NCBI GenBank assembly: GCA_963575745.1
Contig: CAUYUJ010000292.1
Coordinates: 558,001-622,000, forward strand
Length of the DNA: 64,000 nt
Direction: 5' to 3'
Origin: Prorocentrum cordatum
Lineage: Eukaryota
The notes under the pieces are model-generated. The model did no database searches. It was given only the letters and a program-made list of their open reading frames with translations, and was not told where the DNA came from. This document shows, piece after piece, positions 1 to 9,550 of the stretch. The number at the start of each line of letters is the position of its first letter. Within the stretch, counting starts at the first letter, position 1. The translations under genes were made by a program, and so were the position numbers.

Positions 1-1604
1 GCGGGTCCGACAAGCTGCATTTCGACCGCAATCTCCTCCGCGCGTGCCACCTCTGAATTTTGAAGGGAAAGGGGTCTTCGGGAATTGTTTTCCCTCTACC
101 GTCTTGGCCATGTTGGAGGCCTACCCAGACCCCCGACGTCGTGACTTTTTGACCTTGCGAATTTATAGCCGGGATGCCGTATCCCCAGACAAGGTGTTTA
201 AACCCACTGCGGTTTCCAAGGTCGATCGCGTGCCCGTCCAGTGCGGGCTGGCATGGCATGCTAGGACATGCTAACATGATGTTTGCACATGAGATGTTTA
301 TACGAAAACTTGTGTGATGCATGCCTTTTCAGGAAGCTAACGCTAGAGGGTGTCGTACTCTCTCGCACCTGGTCGACGAGTAAGCTGTCGGGTCGGCACT
401 GTCAGAGGCTACACCACCATGCTTTGAACTCGGAAACAACTGTAAGAGGAAGCGGGGGAGGGCGCGGAAGCGGGGGGGCATGTCTCAAAAGAAAAATCGT
501 GGCGTCGGATGTTTGGGAAGGGCGGAAGGCAGGGCGCGCATGACGGATGCTGAGGCGGCAGAAACGACGACGGCGGGGACGGGGAGGCGGAGGCAGAGGC
601 GCAGCAGCGGGAGGCGGGAGGAGGGAGAAGGGAAGAGGAGCCAGGCGGGAAGCGGGAAGAGGGAGGCGGGAGAAGGAATGAGAGAGGTTGTGACTGGAGC
701 CCCTGTGCTACGAAACGTCTCAGGCAGAACGGGCCAGACCATCTCGCGCGCAACACCTTCGAGCATCGCATTGTGAGGATGGCTCAGGCGAAACGGGCTG
801 GACCACCTCGCGAGCGACACCGGACAACCTCTCGCACACGTTCTGTCAAGTCCACGTCACACTCGCTTCCCGTTAGGTCCTCTCCTGCAACTCCTTTCCT
901 TCTCCCTTCTCCTCCTCCTCCTCCTCCCTCTCCTCCTGCCTGCTTCCTCATCCACATCATCCTCCTCCTCCTTCTCCCTTCCATCTCCTCCTCCTTCTCC
1001 TCCTCCTCCTCCTCCTCCTCCTTCACCTCCTCTTCATCTCGAACGGCATCTCGGAACCCAGAGTTGCGAGGATGTCTCCAGCGTAGCGGGCTGGACCACC
1101 TCGCGCGCGGCATCTCGGACCCCAGAGTTGCGATGATATCTCAGGCGAAACGTGCTGCAAGGAAGTCTCAGGCGAAACGGGCCGGACCACCTCGATCGCG
1201 GCGTCTCAGAGCTCCGAGTTGCGGGGGCCTACTGGGGCCTCCTGGGGCCTCCTGAGGACCTCCTGGGGCTTCCTCCTGGGCCTCCTGTGGCCTCCTGGAC
1301 CCCACCTGGGGCTTCCTGAAGCCTCTTGGGGCTCCCAGGGGGGAATATCTAACATGTGGCCGTCTGGGACCCCCAAAACGGGGGGGGCCACAAGAGCAGG
1401 AAAAATCAACGAATCGACACCGGATGTGGATTGACACGTTCTGATAGGGGGCCTCCTGGGGCATCCTGGGAGCCTCCTGGGAATCTCCTGGGGACCCCTG
1501 GGGCCTGTCCTGGGCGTCCTGCGGCCTCCTGAAGCTCTCTGGGGCCTCCTGGGGCTCCAAGGGTCCCAGGGGGGATATGTAACATGTGGTCTTCTGGGCC
1601 CCCA

Positions 1605-2440
1605 GGCTGGACCACCTCTTGCGCGGCATCTGGGAGCTCAGAGTTGCGAGGATGTCTCAGGCGAAACGGGCTGGACCACGTCGCGCGTGGCATCTCCGAA
1701 TTCAGAGCTGCGAGGATGTCTCAGGCGAAATGGGCTGGACCACCTCTTGCGCGGCATCTCAGAATTCAGAGTTTCGAAGATGTCTGAGGCGAAACGGGCC
1801 AGACCACCTCGCGCGCGGCATCTCAGAGCTCAGAGTTTCGAGGACGTCTCAGACGGAACGGGCTGGACCACCTCTCGCGCGGCATCTCGGAATGCAAAAG
1901 TGCGAGGATGTCTCAAGTGGAACGGGCCGGACCACCTCTTGGGCCGCATGTCGGGGCTCAGAGTTTGGAGGACGTCTCAGGCGAAACGGGCCGGACCACC
2001 TCTTGCGCGGCAGCTCGGACAGCAGAGTTTCGAGGACGTCTCAGGCGAAATGGGCTGGACCACCTCTTGCGCGGCATCTCAGAATTCAGAGTTGCGAGGA
2101 TGTCCCAGGCGAAACGCGCCGGACCACCTCGCGCACGGCATCTCAGAGCTCAGAATTTGGAGGATGTCTCAGGCGATACGGGCCGGACCACCTCTCGCGC
2201 GGCATCTGGGAGCTCAGAATTTGGAGGCTGTCTCAGGCGATACGGGCCGGACCACCCTTCGCGCGGCATCTGGGAGCTCAGAGTTTTGAGGATGTCTCAG
2301 GCGAAACGGGCCGGACCACCTCTTGATCGGCATCTGGGAAATCAGAGTTTGGAAAATGTCTCACCCGAAACGCCCAATCCCAGACAATTCAGAAACGAGA
2401 GTTGCGAGGATGTCTCAGGCGAAACTGCCCAGACCACCAC
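1605..2440. repeat. ~62-bp tandem satellite (~13 copies); partial copies at ~716-830 and ~1040-1225
   Basis: Unit approx. TCTCAGGCGAAACGGGCYGGACCACCTCKYGCGCGGCATCTCRGAGCTCAGAGTTKCGAGGATG repeated head-to-tail; units vary like a satellite and have no unique spacers. Confidence 0.9.
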
Positions 2441-2529
2441 ATTTTTTTGAGGACGTCGTCTCTGCTTTGAATTCCCTCGGCCGGAGTTAGCTTCTATCAC
2501 AACAGCACCCCGTTCAGCAAGCTGTCTGG

Positions 2530-2672
2530 AAAATCACGTCGACCCCCAAACGTCTGGACCCCTTCCCCGGGACCGGTTTTTTCATCCTGAATCGTTTTCT
2601 GACGGCCCCGAAGCCTGGGAAGGGCCCCCGGAGGCCGACAAAAACGAAAAACCTCCCGTCGTGATTTTTGCT
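2530..2672. mobile_element. Short interspersed repeat (MITE-like family X); other copies ~38897-39070, ~54578-54745, ~60215-60325
   Basis: Shared sequence TCACGTCGACCCCC...CCCCTTCCCC..GACCGG..TTTCATCCTGA.TCGTTTT.TGACG...GGAGGCCGA...AAAAAC.TCCCGTC.TGATTTT seen at the dispersed loci (60215 copy is partial). Confidence 0.65.
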
Positions 2673-2760
2673 AGGGCGCGAAAGGAAGGTCTGGGTAGGC
2701 CCTGGGCAGGCAGGGCCGCCGGCCCGTGCTTGGATAGGGCGACGAAATCTGTACATGTCC

Positions 2761-3148
2761 ACTCCTCCTCCTCCTCCTCCTCCTCCTGCTTTCCCTCCTC
2801 CTCCTCCTCCTCCTCCTCCTCCTCTCCTCCTGCTTTCCCTCCTCCTCCTCTTCCTCATCCTCCTCCTCCTCCTCATCCTCCTCCTGCTTTCCTCCTCCTC
2901 CCCCCCCCTCCTCCTCCTCCTCCTCCTCCTCCTCCTTCCTCCCCTCCTCCTCCTCCTCCTCCTCCTCCTCCTCCTCCTGCTTTCCCTCCCTCCTCCTCCT
3001 CCAACTCCCCCTCCTCCTCCTCCTCTCCTCCTCCTCTCCTCCTCCTCCTCCTCCTCCTCTCCTCCTGCTTTCCCTCCTCCTCCTCCTCCTCCTCCTCCTG
3101 CTTTCCCGCCTCCTCCTTCTTCTCCTCCTCCTCCTCCTCCTCATCATC
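2761..3148. repeat. (CCT)n microsatellite
   Basis: Direct reading; many similar CCT/GGA tracts occur throughout the window. Confidence 0.95.
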
Positions 3149-4024
3149 ATCCTCATCATCCTCATCATGGGAATGGGAATGGGTCTCTGGGGGCGTCCAC
3201 ATACGAGCTGGAAAACAAAAAGACTGGGCCTGAACCCTTTGAGTTTCAGCTGTGTCACATCGCCCTGAGGGCCTACAGGAGGATCAGCTGGCCCCGAACG
3301 CTGGGGGTGGGGGCCCACAGGCGATTCGTGGCGACTCGTTGGTGGGGGACCCGAGAGCCACGACGCACCACCGATCTGAGAGGGCATTCAATTAGGGGCC
3401 AACGATCTATCGTGGAAGGGAGAACAGGCGCGGGGGGGAGGCAGGCGCGAGAAGGGGAGGTGCTCCACAACAACTGACAGGCCAAACGAATTACAAATTC
3501 CGACGAGGTGCCATCCTTTTATCTCTCTCGGGCGCTCCCGCCTAGGCGTACAGGCCGTCGGGGAGGAAGGACATGTCCTCATAACAGAATCTCACCACTG
3601 CCTCCAATGATGTAGATCTGCTCGGCTTCAATCACTGAAACATAAAGGAGCGGCCCCCTCTGAAGGCGCAGGACCAGCGGTCCAGACATTAAGGCGTTGC
3701 ACACCGACAGAGGGGGTCAAATATCACCAATACGAATCAAAGAAGGCACCGTACTTGGGGCGAGCTGGCGACGGAGCGCGAGCGGGGGCCGCGCGCCGCC
3801 GGAGGGACCCCCCTCGACGCGGCGCGCGGCGGGCTCGGTTCCGTGGGGGCGCCATTCGTAGAATATAAACCATTCCACATCAGTGCCGAATGCGATGAAG
3901 ATAAACTTCTCCACTGCAGTGTTAAATAGTGCGGCTCAGCAGTGTCCAAACTTCCGCTTACTGGAATATCATATGAGTGCCTTCCACGGCTTCAGTCTGG
4001 ACCAAAAAGGAGCTGCAACCAAAA

Positions 4025-7000
4025 TTATTTCATTCGAGAGCGGGTATGTCGGCGAACGGGAACTGTAACTTTAGATTGTGCCGCCGCTCTCGTTGCTGCT
4101 TCCAACGTCACAACGCCTTGCTCCACTAAGGTCAAGAGTCTCTCACTATGGGCGCGTAGCATCAGACGCTGGTGTGCACTCAACCGTGGTCGTGTCACTT
4201 CTTCTCGTACTCGTCCAGAAGTTTCTGCGCTGCTCGCTCCAGCGGACCCCGAGGAGCGGGGCCCATCTTCACGATGCCTTGATATCCCTTGAACACATTC
4301 ACCAGTAGCTTCTCCATGCCGTCGTGGTCTCGGCTGAGGGCGAAGACGATCTTGGTCATCTCGGGCTGTCCGTCCTTCTTCTTGGCGGGTTTCGCTCGGC
4401 AGTGAAGTACCACCTCCTGTAGCTGCTGCGCCGTCTTGCCCTCGACGGACTGGCTCCAAAACTTCTCCATCTCGTGCTGGATTCCCTCCCCTAGATCTCC
4501 TTTCGCCATGCCTTGTAGCATCGCTGTGAACACGTGCACATACGGCACTCCGAGAACTTCGAGCTCCTGAGTCTTGCCCTGCAGCCTGGTCACCTCTTTG
4601 TGGTAAGCGACTCCTGCGGCCTTCATCGCCAAGCAGATGGGGTGCGTGCTGAGAAGCAGGACGGTTCGCCACAAGATTCCCGTTACCTCTCTGAGCTCCG
4701 CTGCGTTGGACAAGGCGAGACGTGCGAGGATGAGCACCAGCTTTGCCACCGTCTTTTCTTCGCTGCTGTCGACGATTTCGTTGGCCTGCCTTTTGCGTCT
4801 TTGAGCGGGTGGTTCGCCAGTTCCTTCTTGCCGTAGTCCCCACGCTGGGGCCTTCAGCTCGAAAGGCATCGTCTTCAGCACTGCGTAGAGAGTCGAAAGG
4901 TGGAGCGTGTGACTGAAGGTGCTCTTGCAATCCCGAAAAGGTGTCAGCCTCGAACGAGCATAAATGGCACCGGCGACGATCGGGGTGTAGAGGGCCTCCT
5001 AGATATCTGGAGCGATTGACACATACACCTCCTCGTAGAACGCTTTTTACTACATGTTGCTGTGTTGCCACAACTGAGCCATATACACCTTCACAATACG
5101 GGCACACGTTTGTGACGACTAAGGAGACCCACGGGTCGCGTAGTCCATGATAAGCAAGTCTATGATGTGCAACCGATTTGAATGAGTTAAACTTCTTTGG
5201 GCAGGTCGCCCCCTCCTCCATCTCGAATCCACATACCCACTCCTCAGGCTCTTGCTGTCGACACGGGGCGCATGGAGGGATAATGCGAGGCACCGTCGAG
5301 GGGATCCATCCAGGTGGGGGTATCGCCGATGAGTGGGCTCCTTGACGAAGCCGTGTGAAATCCATCTGTGCAAACTCCTCCCCCAGCTCTGGATCACGGA
5401 AGATCTGGAGAAACCCCAGACGAGCCATACTCCCAACTGTACCTCCCTCATCATCCATCTCGCTCAGGCTATCAATAATGTCAGACTTCACTCGTTTGGC
5501 CCACGGGTTTGCACGATCTGTGATGTCGTCGCCGATAGTTGTTTCCTCCGAATCGAAAGCGTGCGTGCCGAACATTGCGGTGAGTACTTGATCATTTTGG
5601 TGCGGCGAGCGTGCGATAGCTTGATACCGTTTCATTCTGCGAACTCGAGCTTCTAACTTACAGGGAGCCATGCGCCAATACTCTAGCACCTCCGAGGTCG
5701 TCATCGACTTGTGTTTAGTACGTGTTTTGCCATCCACCACCTCCTCCTGCTGTGTATGAGCGGCGCCTCTCATAGCAATACGTGCATAGCGTGCAACTAA
5801 CTTATCTAAGGCCTGCCAGTTGTTTTCATTCAAAATAAAACACTCGTTGCCGTGCAACGCTGCGTTCTGAACGCAGCAAATCAACATGCCTCGCCTTGCT
5901 TTCCAGGGAGTGCGTTTCAGGGTCCAAAAACGCCCCAGGGAGTGAAACGCCACTTCCACAGCACGGCGTCTTTTCTGAAACTCTGGCGAGAAGCTACAAT
6001 TGGCGGCGACCTCAGCTCCAAGGTACCTGGCGTGTGGCTTATGGCGAGCGGGCAAAAGAATTCTACCTTGCCTCAGGTTCAGCGCGTCACGGTATGAGCC
6101 TGGCCCCGCGAGCACGGGAATGATCTCTTGCTTGGAGCGGTTCTGGCGGCAGCCGATGGTTTCCAGCGAAATGTCGAGCTCCTCGTTCGTCTCGATACTC
6201 CTGCTAGTTAGCTCTTCCAGTCCCTCTCCTTCTTTGCCCAGGATGGTCTTCGACAAGTCATCGGCGTACTGGCACAGCGATAAGTCCACGGTTCGTTTCG
6301 TAAATGGGCTTTCTATCCTCAACTCCTCATTCTCGATTCCTTTTTCAGTCAGCGCTCGAGTCCATTGATTGACCCCAGTCTGAAATCCAAGGACAAAAAG
6401 ACGCACCACATATGGATCACCCATCAATGCCCCGCAAGTTGGCTTGAGTAGTGTAGACGTGCCGTTCATGCTCGGGAGGGAGATGACCGCATCGTGGTAC
6501 CGTTGCTGTCCAAACTCTCCGCCCAGGTCTTCTCTCATAAACTCCATGCTCGCGTTGTCAAGCTCCGTCCACTCAGTACTTCCAAAAGCATTGCTTAGGT
6601 CGTGAAAGTGTTGTAGACAGCTTCGACCAGCTTGCTTGATCCGATAGAGGGTGGTATTTACTGTAATGATAGCGTTCTCCTTACAGCGTCCTTTTAGAAA
6701 TCCATGTACTGTATGGGGCATCAGCGGTAGCGACGAGTTGCCTGCGTACCAAGCTTTGCCTAGAGGAGCCAGCAGATGTACCGTGCGTAGCCCAAAAGCC
6801 GTGTCTCCGATGTCCGTGACGCCTGCCGTCTTCTTTGGCCAGGAAATGCCCTGACTCGTGTGCCAGTAGGTAGGGGTGCGTCCAGCTGTACGTATTCGAA
6901 CAAATCCGTCTTCGATCACTCGCTTGAAAAGTGGTGCTTCGCGAATCTGTAATCCTAGTCCAAGTCCCCGTCCTGCTGGTGCCACGTCCTCTGGTAACTG

Positions 7001-8743
7001 CGGACCACTGCCCATGAGAAGTGCGATAAGCTCGAGAGGTGCGGCCCAGGGAGGTACAGCTCGACGCTTTGCTGCTCTGCCAAGATGTTTGCGAACTCTG
7101 TGAAAATCTCCTTTCGCTGCTTTCCGATGTGACTCATCCAAGACTGCCATTGCTTCCAAATCCGTCCGTTGCTCCCGCCACTCATGCCAGTCATTCAAAA
7201 GTTGCGTACCCATGCCACCTTCATGTCCAGGTAAGCTCCATTGTTGCATCCACTGCGTGCTGCTCAAGCCGGCTGTGTGAACTGCAAGGTGGTACCTGCG
7301 CTTCGTGCCAAACTTTGTGCCTGCCGCTCTGCGAGAAAGTCGGTGTACCTCAGCGTGCTGTCGTTTATTCCATGCTTCCCATAGTGCGTCTAGCGTGCGT
7401 TCCTGAAACCGAAGCCATTCGCGATGTCGATATTCCTTCATCCGTTGGGAAAGTGCCTTCAGCTCTATCTCGAGCGCGTCCTTATCCTGCTCAATCATGT
7501 CCGTGTCGAACTTCGATCTTGTGTCCATTCGTTTTTTGAGTAAGAATTCCCTTCGTGTCCTGCGCAATTGATATTCTGGATCATCATATAAAGACTGTCG
7601 TGTGAATAATTCTTCACCCACCGCTATCATAAGAGATTCCAAATATTCGAACAGCGGGTCGGGGGAGGCGTGATTGATGAGAGCTATCACCTCCTCGGCG
7701 TTCTGCTCCAGGTGCTGCTCGATCTGCGTGATGAACTGTTCCCCCTCCTCGCTGCCTGCCAGAGAGTATGCCTGCATCAACTTATCACGGTCCCAGCGAA
7801 CTCCTTTGACCGCCTGGAAAGCTCGTGCGCCTGGGAGTCGAAACTCCACATGTAGTGGAACGTGATCTCGTCGGAACTTGCTGGGTATTCGCTGTGTTTG
7901 TCTGCCCAATCGAAGAAGTGGACCGCTGGTGCGCGTCATTTGTGAAAGTGTCTGAGGTATGGCCATATAGTCTACGATCGACGAAGCTCCCTCGGTGCCA
8001 TACCAAGTAGCGATGTCACTCCCCGTCGTCGGCGCGTATAAATAATGCTTCTCCAGTAGCTCACGAAAGGCACGGCCCGCGGCATGTTCTCGGCGTGCAC
8101 CCGCGGGGAGCACGGCGGAGGTCTCCACCAGATATTCGCCGCCCCGTGCCGTGTCATAATCTTTACCGAGCCCGTCGTTGAGATCCACTCCAAGGATGGG
8201 TACACTGCGGGTCGGCGTCGAGCTAATTATCAGATCCAACCAATCCGTGAGTGCCGTGACGGTCTTATCATATACCTGCAGCGCCTTCACCGTGGTGGGT
8301 CGTGGGGGATAGTATGCGCCGATCACCGTGAGATCCCACGAACTCGACGATACCCGCACCGCTAGCCCTCGGCCAGCGAGATGTGCGGGTGGAACTTGTA
8401 CTTTACGAAGATGCTTCTGTCGAATTTTTGCTCCAAAGGAAATGAGAACGCCCGTGGACTTGTTGGTCATGGAACCAGCGGACCATCCTGCATCAATGCG
8501 CCACCTGCTGCCACTGCGAGATTGCTCCATTCTTTCCTTAGTGCGGCGCTGGGTGCCCACGAGCGTAATTGCGTCGAAATTAGAACAAGCCAACTCAATC
8601 TCTTCGAGACGATCCCCCGCGGTGGCCGCGAGGGGATTGAAGTGAAGCATGCGCCAGACGTGCGACTGGTTCAGCGTCAGGTCGTGTGCCTGTTCTCCGC
8701 ATCTGGAAGATAACGCCGCCAGCAAGCCGCCTGCCGCCCTCAT
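4025..8743 (-). CDS. LINE polyprotein: AP-endonuclease (EEP) + reverse transcriptase + three C2H2-like zinc fingers (~1572 aa from ATG 8743; alternative ATG 8650)
   Basis: EEP motifs HFN, GAYYPP, GVDLN, VDY, RDH; RT motifs RTVHLL, HGFLKGR, HDLSNAFGS, GALMGD, YADD (6257-6268), RYLG; fingers CPKKF..HRLAYH, CPYC..QQHV, CHLC..EHLQSH. No internal stop. Confidence 0.92.
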   Translation of the reverse strand: MRAAGGLLAALSSRCGEQAHDLTLNQSHVWRMLHFNPLAATAGDRLEEIELACSNFDAITLVGTQRRTKERMEQSRSGSRWRIDAGWSAGSMTNKSTGVLISFGAKIRQKHLRKVQVPPAHLAGRGLAVRVSSSSWDLTVIGAYYPPRPTTVKALQVYDKTVTALTDWLDLIISSTPTRSVPILGVDLNDGLGKDYDTARGGEYLVETSAVLPAGARREHAAGRAFRELLEKHYLYAPTTGSDIATWYGTEGASSIVDYMAIPQTLSQMTRTSGPLLRLGRQTQRIPSKFRRDHVPLHVEFRLPGARAFQAVKGVRWDRDKLMQAYSLAGSEEGEQFITQIEQHLEQNAEEVIALINHASPDPLFEYLESLMIAVGEELFTRQSLYDDPEYQLRRTRREFLLKKRMDTRSKFDTDMIEQDKDALEIELKALSQRMKEYRHREWLRFQERTLDALWEAWNKRQHAEVHRLSRRAAGTKFGTKRRYHLAVHTAGLSSTQWMQQWSLPGHEGGMGTQLLNDWHEWREQRTDLEAMAVLDESHRKAAKGDFHRVRKHLGRAAKRRAVPPWAAPLELIALLMGSGPQLPEDVAPAGRGLGLGLQIREAPLFKRVIEDGFVRIRTAGRTPTYWHTSQGISWPKKTAGVTDIGDTAFGLRTVHLLAPLGKAWYAGNSSLPLMPHTVHGFLKGRCKENAIITVNTTLYRIKQAGRSCLQHFHDLSNAFGSTEWTELDNASMEFMREDLGGEFGQQRYHDAVISLPSMNGTSTLLKPTCGALMGDPYVVRLFVLGFQTGVNQWTRALTEKGIENEELRIESPFTKRTVDLSLCQYADDLSKTILGKEGEGLEELTSRSIETNEELDISLETIGCRQNRSKQEIIPVLAGPGSYRDALNLRQGRILLPARHKPHARYLGAEVAANCSFSPEFQKRRRAVEVAFHSLGRFWTLKRTPWKARRGMLICCVQNAALHGNECFILNENNWQALDKLVARYARIAMRGAAHTQQEEVVDGKTRTKHKSMTTSEVLEYWRMAPCKLEARVRRMKRYQAIARSPHQNDQVLTAMFGTHAFDSEETTIGDDITDRANPWAKRVKSDIIDSLSEMDDEGGTVGSMARLGFLQIFRDPELGEEFAQMDFTRLRQGAHSSAIPPPGWIPSTVPRIIPPCAPCRQQEPEEWVCGFEMEEGATCPKKFNSFKSVAHHRLAYHGLRDPWVSLVVTNVCPYCEGVYGSVVATQQHVVKSVLRGGVCVNRSRYLGGPLHPDRRRCHLCSFEADTFSGLQEHLQSHAPPFDSLRSAEDDAFRAEGPSVGTTARRNWRTTRSKTQKAGQRNRRQQRRKDGGKAGAHPRTSRLVQRSGAQRGNGNLVANRPASQHAPHLLGDEGRRSRLPQRGDQAAGQDSGARSSRSAVCARVHSDATRHGERRSRGGNPARDGEVLEPVRRGQDGAAATGGGTSLPSETRQEEGRTARDDQDRLRPQPRPRRHGEATGECVQGISRHREDGPRSSGSAGASSAETSGRVREEVTRPRLSAHQRLMLRAHSERLLTLVEQGVVTLEAATRAAAQSKVTVPVRRHTRSRMK
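4195..4869 (-). CDS. Second LINE ORF (224 aa, unknown function) overlapping the C-terminus of the RT ORF in the +1 frame
   Basis: ATG 4869 (MPFELKAPAW...) to TGA 4195; helical, globular-looking composition ending GPAPRGPLERAAQKLLDEYEKK, whereas the overlapping RT frame reads as R/G/S-rich shadow sequence; lies inside the TSD-bounded element. Confidence 0.75.
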   Translation of the reverse strand: MPFELKAPAWGLRQEGTGEPPAQRRKRQANEIVDSSEEKTVAKLVLILARLALSNAAELREVTGILWRTVLLLSTHPICLAMKAAGVAYHKEVTRLQGKTQELEVLGVPYVHVFTAMLQGMAKGDLGEGIQHEMEKFWSQSVEGKTAQQLQEVVLHCRAKPAKKKDGQPEMTKIVFALSRDHDGMEKLLVNVFKGYQGIVKMGPAPRGPLERAAQKLLDEYEKK

Positions 8744-8867
8744 CAGGCAGTGGCCGTTCAGGGCCTGATCAACTGCGGGTACCTGCAGGACGAGGGGGTG
8801 CTCCGATGGAACGGCGCCTGTCGCCAAACCTGCGCTCGTGCCATATGGGCGACTATCCTCATCATCC

Positions 8868-8945
<78 letters not shown>

Positions 8946-9445
8946 TCATCATCCTCCTCCTCCTCCTCCTCCTCCTCCTCCTTCCCTCCCTCTCCCTCCC
9001 CCTCTCCCACCTATGGTAGTGGTGGTGGGAAAATCCGCCGAACAAGGCCGCCCAGCAGCGCCGCTGGCGCGGCCTCCTCCGCCTCGGCGGCGGCCCTGGC
9101 CAGGCCCGTCCTGAACCCAGCAGCGGTGTGTACGCCACGCCCTCCTGGCTTGCCCAGCGGGGCGTGCACACAGTTCCTGGGTCCAAGATGGGCCTGGCCA
9201 GGGAGCGTTGGATATGTATAGACTTCGTCGCCCGATTCGAGTTGAGAAAATTCGACGCTAAGACAATTGCCTTCTCTCGACGCGCTCTCTTGAACCGTAA
9301 TCCAGATCCACAGAAACGTTCTACGAAAAAAGAAGCTCCAAGAAAACGCCCACGGCTCCGTCCAGACTCTGAATTTTCTTCAGCGAAATCAGGAGTCCAC
9401 GAAAATTGACGCTCTTCTTTCAGATGATTGATGGGTATCTACAGA

Positions 9446-9550
9446 TAGTGCCAGGCTCCAGCTTCGCCTCCCGCATCTCGCTCAGCAGCGCCAGCGCCCG
9501 CTGCCACTGCTCGCCCTTCCCGCACGCGCTAATCCCAGCGCTGTAGCTGA
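9446..9550 (-). CDS. PPR block, 1 motif (exactly 105 nt)
   Basis: SYSAGISACGKGEQWQRALALLSEMREAKLEPGT; bounded by a Helitron-like 3' end (9551) and a TCTGTAG 5' end (9445). Expression unproven. Confidence 0.75.

Larger units (their letters stand above)
3169..8854 (-). mobile_element. Non-LTR retrotransposon (APE-type LINE), ~5.7 kb, bounded by a 20-bp target-site duplication
   Basis: Identical ATCCTCATCATCCTCATCAT at 3149-3168 and 8855-8874; 3' end (minus) is a short CCCATT-CCCATT-CCC tandem tail; contains an uninterrupted EN-RT-ZnF ORF. Confidence 0.92.

Noticed and set aside
1605..2440. CRISPR-like periodic repeat
   Set aside because: No unique spacers, eukaryotic context and no cas genes; it is a satellite.
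8700..8760. Possible hammerhead ribozyme (CUGAUGA on the minus strand at the LINE 5' end)
   Set aside because: No stem II followed by GAAA; the motif overlaps the ATG region by chance.
8855..9010. Acidic poly-E/D N-terminus of the 1661-aa ORF
   Set aside because: Lies in the TSD and flanking microsatellite outside the element; read-through artefact.
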